NCBI RefSeq assembly: GCF_001306055.1
Contig: NZ_LGHJ01000019.1
Location: 60,001 to 92,000 of the forward strand
Source: Bellilinea caldifistulae
GTDB lineage: Bacteria; Chloroflexota; Anaerolineae; Anaerolineales; Anaerolineaceae
Length of the DNA: 32,000 bases
Reading direction: 5' to 3'
Positions within the stretch are counted from its first letter, which is position 1. Each line of letters starts with the position of its first letter. A program made the position numbers and the translations under genes. Below the pieces are notes generated by a model. The model did no database searches. It was not told the origin of the DNA and saw only the letters and a program-made list of their open reading frames with translations. Positions 1 to 10,953 of this stretch are shown piece by piece.

Positions 1-2153
1 GTATTCTGGCAGCCACTTCCAGTCAACCCGCCAGTTACGACATGGAAGAGGTACGTGTGCTGAATGTGGCGAGCAGTGGTGTGGCAGTAGCGTTAGAAAG
101 ACAACGCCTTCTCAAAGAAGCCCAGCGCCGCGCCCTTGAACTTCAAGCTGCTGCCGAAATTGCCCGCGATACCACGAGCGTCCTTTCTCAAGATGAATTG
201 CTCAACCGGATCGTCAATCTCCTTCGCGAGCGATTCGGTTTTTACCACACTGCCATCTTTTTGGTCAACGACGAAGGCACCCACGCCATTATTCAGCAAG
301 CCAGCGGAATGGGCGCCCAGGAAGTCATGCGAAGCAATCAAAAGATTGCGGTCGGCTCCCGCTCGATTATTGGCAAAGTAACCGATACTGGCAGTCCGGT
401 GCTGGTCAATAATGTTGCTGAAAGCCCTATCTACCTTCCCAATCCGCACCTGCCCGAAACACGCTCGGAGTTGGGCATTCCCCTGCGTATTGCTGACCGT
501 ATCATCGGCGCCTTGGATATTCAATCCGAACGTCCGAATGCCTTTCAGGAAGACGATCTGGGAGTGTTCCAGATTCTGGCTGATCAGATTGCAGTGGCCA
601 TTGAAAATGCCCGCGCCTACGAGCTGGCTCAAAAAGCCTATCAGGAAATGCGCGAAGTTGACCGCTTGAAGTCTCAATTCCTCGCCAATATGAGCCATGA
701 ATTGCGAACACCCCTCAATTCGATTATTGGCTTTTCGCGGGTCATCCTCAAAGGGATTGATGGCCCGATCAACGACCTCCAGAGACAGGATCTCACCTCG
801 ATCTACAACTCCGGTCAGCACTTGCTCGGCCTGATCAATGATGTCCTTGATCTTTCCAAAATCGAAGCCGGAAAAATGGAGCTGCAATTCGAGGAAGTGA
901 ACATTGCTGATTTGGTCAATTCTGTCATGTCCACGGCTGTGGGGTTGGTAAAAGACAAGCCCATCAAACTCAATCATCAAGTGGAACCTGATTTACCGGT
1001 TGTAATTGCCGATAACACCCGCATCCGTCAGGTTTTGCTCAACTTTATCTCCAATGCGGCAAAATTCACCGATGCCGGCTCCATCACCGTGGAAGCCAGG
1101 AAATCTCTCAGCCCTGATAACAAACCTGAGGTCATGGTCATTGTTACCGACACAGGCCAGGGAATTGACGAGAAAGGACGGGAAAAATTATTCCTGCCGT
1201 TCTCTCAAGTGGATGATTCTCCCACCCGCAAAACTGGTGGAACCGGCCTGGGTCTGTCCATTTCCCGCTCCTTTATTGAACTACATGGCGGTCGGATTGG
1301 CTTGTTATGGAGTGAAGTGGGTAAAGGCAGCGCCTTCTACTTCACCCTGCCGGTTCAGCAGCCAGCCAAACAGACCAGCGAACTTAAATCGGATGAGATT
1401 TTATCCAAAACCGAAAAAGTGATTCTGGCCATTGACGATGACCCGCAAGTCATAAAACTATACGAACGCTTTTTACAAACCAGTGGTTACAAAGTCGTTC
1501 CGCTCACTCAGCCAAAACTTGCCGTTGAAAAAGCCAAATCTCTCAAACCTTTTGCAATCACCCTGGATATTATGATGCCTGAGGTAGATGGTTGGCAGGT
1601 CATTCACGCCTTGAAGAATGATCCCCAAACTAAAGATATTCCGGTCATTATTTGCAGCATTCTGGAAGAGGAAGAAAAAGGATTTAGTCTGGGCGCAGCC
1701 GATTATCTGGTTAAACCTTTCCTTCAGGAAGATCTGGTCAATGCGGTTTACCGCCTGAACCGCCAAAACCGAATTCATCGCATTCTGGTTGTGGATGATT
1801 CGCTGGAAGATCAGCGTCTGATTCAGAAAACACTTGCGGAGCAAAAGAATTTTGAGATCTTCGCCGCATTCGATGGTGAAAAAGCCTTGCAGATGATTCA
1901 CAATATCAAACCAGATGCGGTCATTTTGGATCTCTTCATGCCGGGATTGGATGGTTTTCAGTTATTGGAGAAAATTCGAACCGCTCCCGAATACCGTAAC
2001 ATACCGATCATCATCCTCACCGGCGCCGATCTGACTCCCGAACAGCATCTTCAGCTGGCCAGTTTCAGCCAGAATATGCTTAATAAAAGTTATTTGAGGG
2101 AAAAAGACTTGCTTAATCACATTGAGCAGGCTTTACTTCGTATTCAAGTCTAA
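1..2153 (+). CDS. Hybrid sensor histidine kinase (GAF - HisKA - HATPase_c - two receiver domains); 5' end probably outside the window
   Basis: ORF 42..2153. The frame stays open upstream to base 3, so the true start is likely left of the window. GAF-like N-terminal part, H-box SHELRTPLNSIIGF, ATP-lid motifs DTGQGI and GGTGLGLSI, then two REC modules (ILAIDDDP...DIMMPEVDG and ILVVDDSL...DLFMPGLDG). Confidence 0.9.
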   Translation, partial: ILAATSSQPASYDMEEVRVLNVASSGVAVALERQRLLKEAQRRALELQAAAEIARDTTSVLSQDELLNRIVNLLRERFGFYHTAIFLVNDEGTHAIIQQASGMGAQEVMRSNQKIAVGSRSIIGKVTDTGSPVLVNNVAESPIYLPNPHLPETRSELGIPLRIADRIIGALDIQSERPNAFQEDDLGVFQILADQIAVAIENARAYELAQKAYQEMREVDRLKSQFLANMSHELRTPLNSIIGFSRVILKGIDGPINDLQRQDLTSIYNSGQHLLGLINDVLDLSKIEAGKMELQFEEVNIADLVNSVMSTAVGLVKDKPIKLNHQVEPDLPVVIADNTRIRQVLLNFISNAAKFTDAGSITVEARKSLSPDNKPEVMVIVTDTGQGIDEKGREKLFLPFSQVDDSPTRKTGGTGLGLSISRSFIELHGGRIGLLWSEVGKGSAFYFTLPVQQPAKQTSELKSDEILSKTEKVILAIDDDPQVIKLYERFLQTSGYKVVPLTQPKLAVEKAKSLKPFAITLDIMMPEVDGWQVIHALKNDPQTKDIPVIICSILEEEEKGFSLGAADYLVKPFLQEDLVNAVYRLNRQNRIHRILVVDDSLEDQRLIQKTLAEQKNFEIFAAFDGEKALQMIHNIKPDAVILDLFMPGLDGFQLLEKIRTAPEYRNIPIIILTGADLTPEQHLQLASFSQNMLNKSYLREKDLLNHIEQALLRIQV

Positions 2154-2173
2154 TTCCAATTGAGGTCTTTCCG

Positions 2174-3862
2174 TTGACAAATTTATCGTTCGCCATTGAA
2201 TGTCTGGATTGTGGTCACCAAACCTCCTTTTCACCGCTTCAATCTGGCTGTCCAAACTGTGGAAGTGTCTGGCGAAAGGCAGTTTATGAGTATGAAGCAA
2301 TCGGAAAAGCCCTTCCGAACCTGATTGCCCGCCGCCCTTACAATATCTGGCGTTACCGGGAATTACTACCTGTACGTAACCCTAACCCGGATTTGTGCCT
2401 GAATGAGGGCGGCACTCCCCTGCTGCGGGCATTGAATTTAGGAATGATCCTCAGTCATCCCAACTTGTACCTCAAGGATGAGCGGCAAGGCCCTACCGCC
2501 TCATTTAAAGACCGCCAGGCTGCCGTCACCATCACAGCCCTGAAAGAAGCAGGTATTGCAGAAGCCGTCATTGCCTCCACCGGCAATGTAGCCATCGCTT
2601 ATTCGGCTTATGCAGCCCGTGCCGGGATTAAGTTGTGGGCATTTCTCACAAGCCTTGTGCCTGCCGCAAAAATGCGCGAAGTAGCTTTGTACGGCACACA
2701 AGTCATCAAAGTCACCGGTTCTTATGATCAGGCAAAGGAGGTTGCGGCTGAATTTGCCCGTCAGCGAGGCTTGTACCTGGATGCTGGTGCCAAAAGTATT
2801 ACCAGCGTCGAATCAATGAAAACGATTGCTTTCGAGATTGCCGAGCAATTTACCGCCCAAAGAGGTAATTCGCTTCAATCGTTAGAGGGATTATCCACCC
2901 TCCCTTGGAAAACTCCCGACTGGTACATTCAATCTGTGAGCGGCGGCATGGGACCGCTGGGCGTCTACAAGGGTTTCGAAGAACTGTATCGGATGGGTAT
3001 CATTGAGCGCATTCCCAAAATTGCGGTGATTCAGGTCGAAGGATGCGCTCCAATGGTCCATGCCTGGCGACAGGGGCTGGAGGATGCGACCCCGGTTCGA
3101 TCTCCCCATACCTTGATTGCAACCCTGGCAACCGGTGATCCCGGCCGCACCTACACCCTTTTGCGAAAGCAAATCCTGCAAACCGGCGGGACGTTTGAAA
3201 TGGTCAGTGATCAGGAAGCCTTTCGTGCCATGCACTTTTTGGCGAAGATGGAGGGGCTTTCCATCGAACCTGCCGCTGGTGTAGCCGTTGCCGGATTGAT
3301 CAAACTGGTACGCGCCGGACAAATTGCACCTGACGAAAGCGTGGTGATCAATGTCAGCGGTCACACCATGCCGATTGAACGCAACATCCTCGGCGAAGGG
3401 TGGTCAAAAGATGTGATCCTGCCGTCGGAGCAAATGGAGGAAAGTACCGAGGAAGGATTGCTGGCTGCGCTCAGCAAAGTGGCCATTGATCGTTTCCCGC
3501 GCATTGCCATTGTGGACGACAACCCGGATGTCCGCCGCCTGATTCGAAGAATTTTACAATCTCAGGGAGATTACGAACTCTTTGAAGCCGCCAACGGCGT
3601 GGAAGCGATTGAGCTTATTCGCTTCCGGCGTCCTAATCTGGTCATCCTTGATTTGATGATGCCGGAGATGGACGGCTTTGCAGTGATGGAAGCTCTGAAG
3701 GCCAGTCCGGACACCGCCGAAATACCCATTATCGTAATCACCGCCAAGGAACTGAGTCCCGGTGAAAAAGAACGTTTACGCGGTCACATTCAAACACTGA
3801 TGCAGAAAGGGGATTTTATGAGTGAGGATTTGTTGGATGAGGTACGGGCATTTCTAAAATAA
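2174..3862 (+). CDS. Threonine-synthase-like PLP enzyme (N-terminal Cys4 zinc ribbon) fused to a C-terminal response-regulator receiver domain
   Basis: TTG start 8 nt after GAGG. CLDCGH...CPNCGS ribbon. PLP-lysine motif PTASFKDRQA and glycine-rich SVSGGMGPLG typical of fold-type II ThrC-like enzymes. Last ~125 aa are a complete REC (IAIVDDNPD, LVILDLMMPEMDG, IIVITAK). Confidence 0.85.
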   Translation: MTNLSFAIECLDCGHQTSFSPLQSGCPNCGSVWRKAVYEYEAIGKALPNLIARRPYNIWRYRELLPVRNPNPDLCLNEGGTPLLRALNLGMILSHPNLYLKDERQGPTASFKDRQAAVTITALKEAGIAEAVIASTGNVAIAYSAYAARAGIKLWAFLTSLVPAAKMREVALYGTQVIKVTGSYDQAKEVAAEFARQRGLYLDAGAKSITSVESMKTIAFEIAEQFTAQRGNSLQSLEGLSTLPWKTPDWYIQSVSGGMGPLGVYKGFEELYRMGIIERIPKIAVIQVEGCAPMVHAWRQGLEDATPVRSPHTLIATLATGDPGRTYTLLRKQILQTGGTFEMVSDQEAFRAMHFLAKMEGLSIEPAAGVAVAGLIKLVRAGQIAPDESVVINVSGHTMPIERNILGEGWSKDVILPSEQMEESTEEGLLAALSKVAIDRFPRIAIVDDNPDVRRLIRRILQSQGDYELFEAANGVEAIELIRFRRPNLVILDLMMPEMDGFAVMEALKASPDTAEIPIIVITAKELSPGEKERLRGHIQTLMQKGDFMSEDLLDEVRAFLK

Positions 3863-3891
3863 CCCCTTGCTGTTGAGGGGCGTCCATCATC

Positions 3892-4836
3892 ATGGAAAGA
3901 AAACACCGCTCACAGGGGATTAATGCCGCTTTATCCTCAGCCATTTTGCTGGGCTTACTGCCTGTTTTCGGAAAGCAAGCCTTGCTTGCCGGTTTTTCTC
4001 CCTTGGCGGTAGTTGCTGTGCGTACCACTCTGGCAGTCAGCCTGCTGGCGGTCTTCATGCTGTTTCAGCGGCCGTATCTCTACATTTATCCGGTTGGTTT
4101 GATTGGCTGCTTCCTGGCAGGCTTTATTAACGGAATCGGTTCAATTTTTTATTACGTTGCGCTTGCGCATCTGGAAGCCAGCATCGGTCATTTACTCTAC
4201 TCATTTTATCCGCTCTTTGTTGCCTTCTGGCTTTTGCTTGATCGCCAGACCATTTCCCCATTGACCATGTTTCGCTTGAGTCTCGCCCTGCCTGGGGCTT
4301 ATTTATTGCTGAATAGCGGCTCTGGTTCAATGGATTGGCTTGGCGCGCTTTTCATGCTGATTTCAGCCGCTTTTTATGCTCTGCATCTGATTATCAATCA
4401 ACGGATTCTTTACGAAGCCCCGCCTCCCACCGTTACTTTTTACACTTTGCTTGGCATGGCAATTACCGTCTTGACTGGTTACCTGCTCTTTGACCGTCAA
4501 TTGCCTGCGGGCAATCCTTCCTGGCTGCCCCTGATTGGGATGGGAGCGATCACCTTTCTCGCCCGTCTAACCCTGTTTATGGGTGTCAAAAAATTGGGCG
4601 GTTTACAAACCGCTCTTTTAGGATTGGGAGAACTGATTGTAACGGTTGTGCTTGCTCGATTGTGGCTTGGGGAAACCTTGAACGCTCCTCAATGGCTGGG
4701 AGCATTATTCATCGCAGCCAGCCTGTTTCTGGTTGGTTTCGAAAAACAACCTGCTGAAAAACGGCATCAGACCGGCTGGCTGGCATGGTTAAATCCGCCG
4801 CGTATGCCAACCACCCATCTTCCCTGGCAGAAATAA
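3892..4836 (+). CDS. EamA/DMT-superfamily membrane transporter
   Basis: 314 aa, about 10 hydrophobic helices in two similar halves, typical EamA repeat organisation. Confidence 0.8.
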   Translation: MERKHRSQGINAALSSAILLGLLPVFGKQALLAGFSPLAVVAVRTTLAVSLLAVFMLFQRPYLYIYPVGLIGCFLAGFINGIGSIFYYVALAHLEASIGHLLYSFYPLFVAFWLLLDRQTISPLTMFRLSLALPGAYLLLNSGSGSMDWLGALFMLISAAFYALHLIINQRILYEAPPPTVTFYTLLGMAITVLTGYLLFDRQLPAGNPSWLPLIGMGAITFLARLTLFMGVKKLGGLQTALLGLGELIVTVVLARLWLGETLNAPQWLGALFIAASLFLVGFEKQPAEKRHQTGWLAWLNPPRMPTTHLPWQK

Positions 4837-4838
4837 AC

Positions 4839-5621
4839 TCAACCAATCACTCCGCTTTCGCGTTCTTCGATTTCCAACACATAACCTGAACCGCGAACAC
4901 TGCGAATCCATTGGTCACCCCCCGGTATTACAGCCAGTTTGCGATTCAGGCGCGAAAAAACCGGCCGCAGGATCTTGGCTGCTTCTTCTGCCCCAAGGCG
5001 ATAACCATAGACGATCCGCACGAGTTCTTGATGACGCATAACCAGGGCATGATTTGCCAGCAAAACTCCCATTAACTTTCCTTCATTGGGTGTAAGATGA
5101 ATGTTTTTTTCATTCCATGAGATGACGCGTCGCATCAGGTCAATTTGAACTCCATTGGAAAGACGCAACAGCGTATTCTCTCCCTTCGGAGCGTCATTTG
5201 TCTCGTATCTAACCCGCTGCTCCAGAACTACTCCCCTCAATTGGCCGGATTCATCATCCATCAAAGCCTTACGAATGCTATTCAAAATGACCTCCGGTGA
5301 AACCGGCTTGAGTAAATAATCGGCTACCTTCATTCGTAGTGCATGTACTGCCGTTTCAAAACTGCCGTGTGCCGTCAGAATAATGACTTTCAAACGGGGG
5401 TATTTCATGGCAGTTTCTTCCAGCACTTGAATGCCGGAGATGTCAGGCATTCTCAAATCCAGCAGCATCAAGTCGTAATTGAGCCGCGCCAGCGCTTGTA
5501 GTGCTGCACTGCCATTTTCAACCCCATCAGCATCAAAGCCCTCTAATTGCAAAATCCTTAACAGGGTCACCCGGGCAGCGTCTTCGTCATCCACAATCAA
5601 AATTCTGGGCATGTCCATCAT
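4839..5621 (-). CDS. OmpR/PhoB-type response regulator (REC + winged-helix DNA-binding domain)
   Basis: ILIVDDEDA, LMLLDLRMPDISG, IILTAHG receiver motifs. C-terminal LTPNEGKLMGVLL...IRSVRGSGYVL is the trans_reg_C pattern. Start overlaps the upstream kinase stop (ATGA). Confidence 0.9.
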   Translation of the reverse strand: MMDMPRILIVDDEDAARVTLLRILQLEGFDADGVENGSAALQALARLNYDLMLLDLRMPDISGIQVLEETAMKYPRLKVIILTAHGSFETAVHALRMKVADYLLKPVSPEVILNSIRKALMDDESGQLRGVVLEQRVRYETNDAPKGENTLLRLSNGVQIDLMRRVISWNEKNIHLTPNEGKLMGVLLANHALVMRHQELVRIVYGYRLGAEEAAKILRPVFSRLNRKLAVIPGGDQWIRSVRGSGYVLEIEERESGVIG

Positions 5622-7219
5622 CCTTGCCGTGGCAGGGTTATCTGAAGCCTTGCCCCGTTTTCATGAACGGGCGCTACAAAACGAATATCCCCTTTGTGAA
5701 CATCCACGATCAGATCATAACTTACCGAAAGCCCTAAACCGGTACCCCCCTGTCGGGTCGAGAAAAATGGCTCAAAGACCTTCTCTTGCAAATCAGCCGG
5801 AATGCCAATGCCATTATCTTCCACGCTCAGGATCACCCGATCCGGGTTCTGGTCGTTCAAATCCAGCCAGATTTTACGCGGCGATGGCTGATTTTTCAAG
5901 GCCTCCATTGAGTTAAGCAGCACATTCAGGATGACTTGTTGAATATGATCCTGAATCATCTCCACCTCAACCGGCGAGGAAGGAAAATTTTGAAATAACT
6001 CGATTCCATTTGCATGCAATTGAGGTTTGATCAGTTCCTTGACCAGTTCGATCACCGCTAATAAATCAACCCGTTTCCTTTCAAAATCACTGGTACGATA
6101 AAAAGACAGGGTATTTTGTGCCAGACTGGAGAGTCTCTCAATCTCCAATACGGCAAGGCTGAGGTACTCCTGTCTTTGAGTTTCGGATATATCGCCCCGC
6201 AGGGAAAGATGCAGGCAATTTCTCACAGACTGAAGAGGATTATTCATCTCATGCGCCAGGCTTCCCATTAACCTGCCCAATGCACTCATTTTTTCTGCCA
6301 TCAGAATCGCACGCTGGGATTCTTTGGCTTGCTCAAACATTTTCTCTAAATCCTTGTAAAGCAAAGCATTCTCCATGGCAATGACTACTTGCCGTGAAAA
6401 TATGGCTGCCATTTCAATATCGGCTTCGCTTAACTTTTCCGATTCTCTGGCGCGTAAAAAGTACAGCACAAACTTCGCCTTCTCGCGAAATACCGGCACC
6501 AGCAAGATGTCTAAATCATTTTGGAGCAAATAATTCTTCAAGATGACATCATCCAGTTGATCGGTTTGGATAATTCTCAAACGTTCATCACCCGAAGCGC
6601 TCCACATCCGATCCCAATCTAACCGATGAGGTTCTACAAGCAAACTTAAATCACAGCCATAAACCAGTTTCCACTCCATTGTGGAATACTCGAATTTATA
6701 AACACCCGCTTCAGCAGCCTTTAGCAAATCACCCGAAAGTTCCTGTAAATACTTCTTGAGTGATTCCAGATCCACCCGGCTGTAAATATTTTCCATAATA
6801 TCGAATAAAGGACGTAATACTTTCAGGCGGGCGGCATCCATCTGATAGCGGCGGTTTTCGAGAACATGATTGACTGTCTCGATCAATTCCTTTGAAGATT
6901 CAAACGGTTTAACCAGCAAGCCATCTACACCTTTTCGTAGGGCTTGAATAGAGGTCTCTACACTGCCAAAACCGGTGATGAGGATCACCCCTGCATCCGA
7001 ATGGATTTGCCGAAAACGAGAGGCCAGCTCAAATCCATCCATGATCGGCATGCGAATATCGGTAATCAGTAATTCATAAAGGGACTCTTCCGCCATTCGA
7101 AGCGCATCGCGTGCGGATGTGGATGTATCTACCTCAAAGCCATATCGTTCCAAAATCCGCTGACACAAACGAAGAATTGCAGGATCATCGTCCACGACCA
7201 GAATTTTGGTTTTGTTCAT
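5618..7219 (-). CDS. Sensor histidine kinase with N-terminal receiver domain (REC - sensory/GAF-like - HisKA - HATPase_c)
   Basis: KILVVDDDP...ITDIRMPIMDG receiver, H-box SLAHEMNNPLQSV, DNGIGIP and GGTGLGLSVS ATP-binding boxes. Translationally coupled to the regulator downstream. Confidence 0.9.
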   Translation of the reverse strand: MNKTKILVVDDDPAILRLCQRILERYGFEVDTSTSARDALRMAEESLYELLITDIRMPIMDGFELASRFRQIHSDAGVILITGFGSVETSIQALRKGVDGLLVKPFESSKELIETVNHVLENRRYQMDAARLKVLRPLFDIMENIYSRVDLESLKKYLQELSGDLLKAAEAGVYKFEYSTMEWKLVYGCDLSLLVEPHRLDWDRMWSASGDERLRIIQTDQLDDVILKNYLLQNDLDILLVPVFREKAKFVLYFLRARESEKLSEADIEMAAIFSRQVVIAMENALLYKDLEKMFEQAKESQRAILMAEKMSALGRLMGSLAHEMNNPLQSVRNCLHLSLRGDISETQRQEYLSLAVLEIERLSSLAQNTLSFYRTSDFERKRVDLLAVIELVKELIKPQLHANGIELFQNFPSSPVEVEMIQDHIQQVILNVLLNSMEALKNQPSPRKIWLDLNDQNPDRVILSVEDNGIGIPADLQEKVFEPFFSTRQGGTGLGLSVSYDLIVDVHKGDIRFVAPVHENGARLQITLPRQG

Positions 7220-7364
7220 CGTGATTCCGCCCTCATGTTTTGTCTGGTTGCCTTTTATTATACCGTTTCCCGCACGGGAATGAATTTACAATTTTATCGA
7301 GAAACCCCAAACTGCTGGTAAAATAGCGCATCCGCTTTACTTTGAAACTGGAACGGATGAAATC

Positions 7365-9002
7365 ATGACGATACTCACCACGCTGACCGCTCTCACTCCC
7401 ATTTTGGCAATTTTTCTTTTATTAGTTCTGTTGCGCTTGCCAGCCAGCAAGGCTATGCCGTTGAGCCTGTTAATTACAGCCATTTTGGCACTCCTGGTCT
7501 GGAAAGTGCCGTTATTACAAATCTCTGCTTCGGTTTTAGAAGGGTTAATCATTTCTCTCTCAATATTGTGGATTTTGTTCGGGGCCATCTTGCTCCTCAA
7601 CACATTAACGGTGGCCGGCGCAATGGAACGGATTCGAGCCATGTTTTTCAGTATTTCCCCCGACCGGCGCGTTCAGGCCATCATTGTAGCCTGGTTGTTC
7701 GGGGCTTTCATCGAGGGCGCTGCCGGCTTCGGCACTCCAGCTGCGATTACTGCTCCTTTGATGGTGGCGCTTGGTTTTCCGCCGCTTGCAGCAGTTGTGC
7801 TTGCCCTGACAGCCAACAGCAGTCCGGTAACTTTTGGCGCTTTGGGGACTACTTTTCAAATCGGCATGACGCGCGGATTGCAACAGGGTGGAGAAATGGC
7901 AAGTTTGGTCGCTGAAGCAGCCAGCGGGTTGTCTCTGCCTGAAGTCATTCATGCAGTAGCCGCCCAAGCCGTCCAAATTGACTTGTTCGTGGGTACTTTT
8001 ATTCCCCTGTTGCAGGTGCTCTTGCTCACTCGTTTCTTCGGCAGGAACAAGTCATGGCGAGAAGGTCTGGCGATGTGGAAATTCGCCCTCTTTGCAGGAA
8101 TCAGTTTTCTGTTGCCTGCTTATCTGGTTGCCCTGTTTTTAGGACCGGAATTTCCAACTTTGATCGGCGCGCTGGTTGCTATGCTGATTGTGATACCGGC
8201 TGCCCGCAAAGGATTCCCCATTCCCAAAAACGTCTGGTATTTTGAAGACGTGAAAGAAGAAGAGCAAGCCCTTACACATCCTATGTCCCTCCAACAAGCC
8301 TGGCTACCTTACATTATACTCACCATTTTGCTGGTGCTTACACGTCTGCCTTTTTTACCCTTAAAAACCTTTTTACAAGGCATATCCATCCGCTTTGATA
8401 ATCTTCTCGGTACGGGGATCAGCACTTCGCTGGAGCCTCTTTACCTGCCCGGGACAATTTTTGTCATCGTTGCCCTCTTTTCATTCTGGTTTTTTCACAT
8501 TCAAAGTCAAAATCGCCGGCAGGTCGTTTCGCAATCTCTACAACGGTTAATCGGCAGTGCCATTGCCCTCGGCGGTGCTCTGCCGATGGTGCGAATTTTT
8601 ATTAATTCGGGTATCAATTCGGCCGGCCTGGAAAGTATGCCGATTGAACTGGCCCGTCAGGCTTCGGACCTTGTTGGGTCTTACTGGCCGCTAATTGCTC
8701 CTCTGATTGGCAGCCTTGGGTCGTTTCTGGCCGGAAGTGCCACCTTCAGCAACATGATGTTTTCATTATTTCAAGTCAGTGTAGCCAGCCAGGTCAATCT
8801 TTCTCCGTTTATCATCCTGGCTCTGCAAGCCTTGGGAGCCAATGCCGGAAACATGATTTGTGTTTTGAATGTGGTAGCAGCCGCTTCGGTGGTTGGATTA
8901 AGCGGAAAGGAAGGCAGCATCATTCGTTTCACCCTTCTTCCGATGCTGTATTACATTCTTTGGGCGGGTGTGGTTGGTTTCCTTTTGATTCAATTATTCT
9001 AG
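7365..9002 (+). CDS. lctP: L-lactate permease (LctP) family transporter
   Basis: 545 aa polytopic membrane protein. [19 protein letters not shown] and [15 protein letters not shown] segments match my memory of the LctP/GlcA family signature regions. Confidence 0.8.
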   Translation: MTILTTLTALTPILAIFLLLVLLRLPASKAMPLSLLITAILALLVWKVPLLQISASVLEGLIISLSILWILFGAILLLNTLTVAGAMERIRAMFFSISPDRRVQAIIVAWLFGAFIEGAAGFGTPAAITAPLMVALGFPPLAAVVLALTANSSPVTFGALGTTFQIGMTRGLQQGGEMASLVAEAASGLSLPEVIHAVAAQAVQIDLFVGTFIPLLQVLLLTRFFGRNKSWREGLAMWKFALFAGISFLLPAYLVALFLGPEFPTLIGALVAMLIVIPAARKGFPIPKNVWYFEDVKEEEQALTHPMSLQQAWLPYIILTILLVLTRLPFLPLKTFLQGISIRFDNLLGTGISTSLEPLYLPGTIFVIVALFSFWFFHIQSQNRRQVVSQSLQRLIGSAIALGGALPMVRIFINSGINSAGLESMPIELARQASDLVGSYWPLIAPLIGSLGSFLAGSATFSNMMFSLFQVSVASQVNLSPFIILALQALGANAGNMICVLNVVAAASVVGLSGKEGSIIRFTLLPMLYYILWAGVVGFLLIQLF

Positions 9003-9179
9003 CCAAAATTTTCCTCCAAAAGGTTGGGTTTTTAATAGAATTAACGCATAATAATACGTCAGTCCCGATTCTTTTTTCCCGTAGTTTTTGCCAAAGGAGG
9101 TGATTACCGCAGACAAATTTCTGCACCTGTTTGTTGTTGCACCTGTTTCATTTTTCAAAAAAACCAAGGAGGAGTAGTG

Positions 9180-10910
9180 ATGAAAGCCAACAAATTTTTT
9201 TTGGTTTTGGCGGTTTTGATGGTTGCCAGCCTGGTTCTGGCTGCCTGTCAGCCGGCTGCCACGCCGACCCCCCAGCAGCCACCTGCTCAGCAACCAACCA
9301 CCCCGCCAGAACAACCCCCGGCTGAACAGCCAACCACACCCCCGCAGGCAGGTTTTGAACCAATGGTCTACGGGGTAGAGACCTGCGATAATTACAACGG
9401 CATCATCAAGGAAATCGCCGCTCTGGACGAACTTACTGTTCGCTTCACCCTGTGTGTGCCAGACCCAGCCTTTGAATCCAAAGCAGCATTTTCGGCCTTC
9501 GCCATTCAGCCCAAAGAATGGATTGAAGCGGCCATGGCCAATAAGCAAATTCTGGAAAAACCCATCGGCACTGGCCCGTATGTACTGGATTCGTGGAAAC
9601 GCGGTGACAGCATCATCTTCAAACGTTTTGATGATTACTGGGGCGAGAAAGCCAAAACCCAAACCCTGGTTTTCCGCTGGGCATCCGAAGGCGCCGCCCG
9701 CCTGTTGGAACTGCAATCCGGTACGGTTGACGGAATTGACAACCCCAGCCCAGACGACTTCGAGGTCATCCGGAGTGACCCCAACCTGCAATTGATTGAA
9801 CGCGAAGCCCTCAATATCTTCTATCTGGGCATGACCAACACCTTTGAGCCTTTCGATAAACTGGAAGTCCGTCAGGCAATTGCCATGGGGATTGACCGCC
9901 AGCGCATCGTGGATAACTTCTACCCGGCCGGTTCATCGGTTGCCTCACACTTCACCCCCTGCTCCATTCCAAACGGCTGCGTTGGTGAAGACTGGTACGA
10001 ATTTAATCCGGAAAAGGCTCGCGAATTGCTTGCTAAGGCCGGCTTCCCCAATGGCTTCCAGACCAAAATCTACTACCGGGATGTGTTCCGCGGTTACCTG
10101 CCCGAACCCGGTCTGGTTGCAACTGACATTCAGGCTCAGTTGAAACAAAACCTCAACATTGATGCTGAAATTGTTGTGATGGAAAGCGGTGCATTCATTG
10201 ATGAATCAACCAGCGGCCGTTTGAACGGCTTTTATCTGCTGGGTTGGGGCGCTGACTACCCGCACATTACCAACTTCCTCGACTTCCACTTCGGCCGCGC
10301 CAATCCTCAATTTGGGAAGCCATTCCCCGAAATCTATGAACTGCTCGAACAGGGTGCCCGCATTGCGGATCCTGAGGAAGCAACTCCCATCTATGAGCAG
10401 GCCAACAACAAGATCAAAGAACTGGTGCCGATGGTGCCGATTGCTCACGGCGGTTCTGGCGTAGCCTATCGTGCCGACGTGGTTGGCGGACACGCCAGCC
10501 CGCTGGGCAACGAGTACTTCGCCGTTATGGATCCGGGCGGTCGCTCAACCTTCGTCTGGATGCAGAACGCCGAACCCATTTCCCTGTACTGCGGCGATGA
10601 AACCGATGGCGAAAGCCTGCGCGCCTGCGAACAGGTCCTCGAATCGCTGCTCGCCTACGAAGTCGGTGGTACGCAGGTGAAACCGGCATTGGCAACAGAA
10701 TGCACTCCCAATAATGACCTCACGGAGTACACTTGCAAATTGCGCCCGAATGTGAAGTTCCATGACGGTTCAGCTTTCGATGCCAACGATGTGGTCATGT
10801 CATGGGTAGTTGCCTGGGATTACAAACACCCGCTCCACATTGGTAACACTGGTGCTTTCGAGTACTTCAGTTACCTGTGGGGATTGATGAATGCCCCGGC
10901 AGAAGAGTAA
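9180..10910 (+). CDS. ABC transporter substrate-binding lipoprotein, family 5 (peptide/nickel, DppA/OppA-like)
   Basis: AAGGAGG 7 nt before the ATG at 9180 (the track starts 3 nt earlier at a GTG). Lipobox LVLAAC followed by a Pro/Gln/Thr-rich linker. Family-5 SBP length and motifs. First gene of a 5-gene importer operon. Confidence 0.9.
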   Translation: MKANKFFLVLAVLMVASLVLAACQPAATPTPQQPPAQQPTTPPEQPPAEQPTTPPQAGFEPMVYGVETCDNYNGIIKEIAALDELTVRFTLCVPDPAFESKAAFSAFAIQPKEWIEAAMANKQILEKPIGTGPYVLDSWKRGDSIIFKRFDDYWGEKAKTQTLVFRWASEGAARLLELQSGTVDGIDNPSPDDFEVIRSDPNLQLIEREALNIFYLGMTNTFEPFDKLEVRQAIAMGIDRQRIVDNFYPAGSSVASHFTPCSIPNGCVGEDWYEFNPEKARELLAKAGFPNGFQTKIYYRDVFRGYLPEPGLVATDIQAQLKQNLNIDAEIVVMESGAFIDESTSGRLNGFYLLGWGADYPHITNFLDFHFGRANPQFGKPFPEIYELLEQGARIADPEEATPIYEQANNKIKELVPMVPIAHGGSGVAYRADVVGGHASPLGNEYFAVMDPGGRSTFVWMQNAEPISLYCGDETDGESLRACEQVLESLLAYEVGGTQVKPALATECTPNNDLTEYTCKLRPNVKFHDGSAFDANDVVMSWVVAWDYKHPLHIGNTGAFEYFSYLWGLMNAPAEE

Positions 10911-10953
10911 TCTTTGCCTCCTATGGCATAATCATGTGAGATGAGTTAACCCA

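Noticed and set aside
8994-9791. Long antisense ORFs inside backbone genes, for example 93..980 (-), 8994..9791 (-), 11571..12176 (-), 2891..3364 (-) and 7605..7976 (-).
   Set aside because: Each lies opposite or out of frame to an ORF with clear family motifs (kinase, SBP, permease, ThrC-like, LctP). None has recognisable motifs or start signals.
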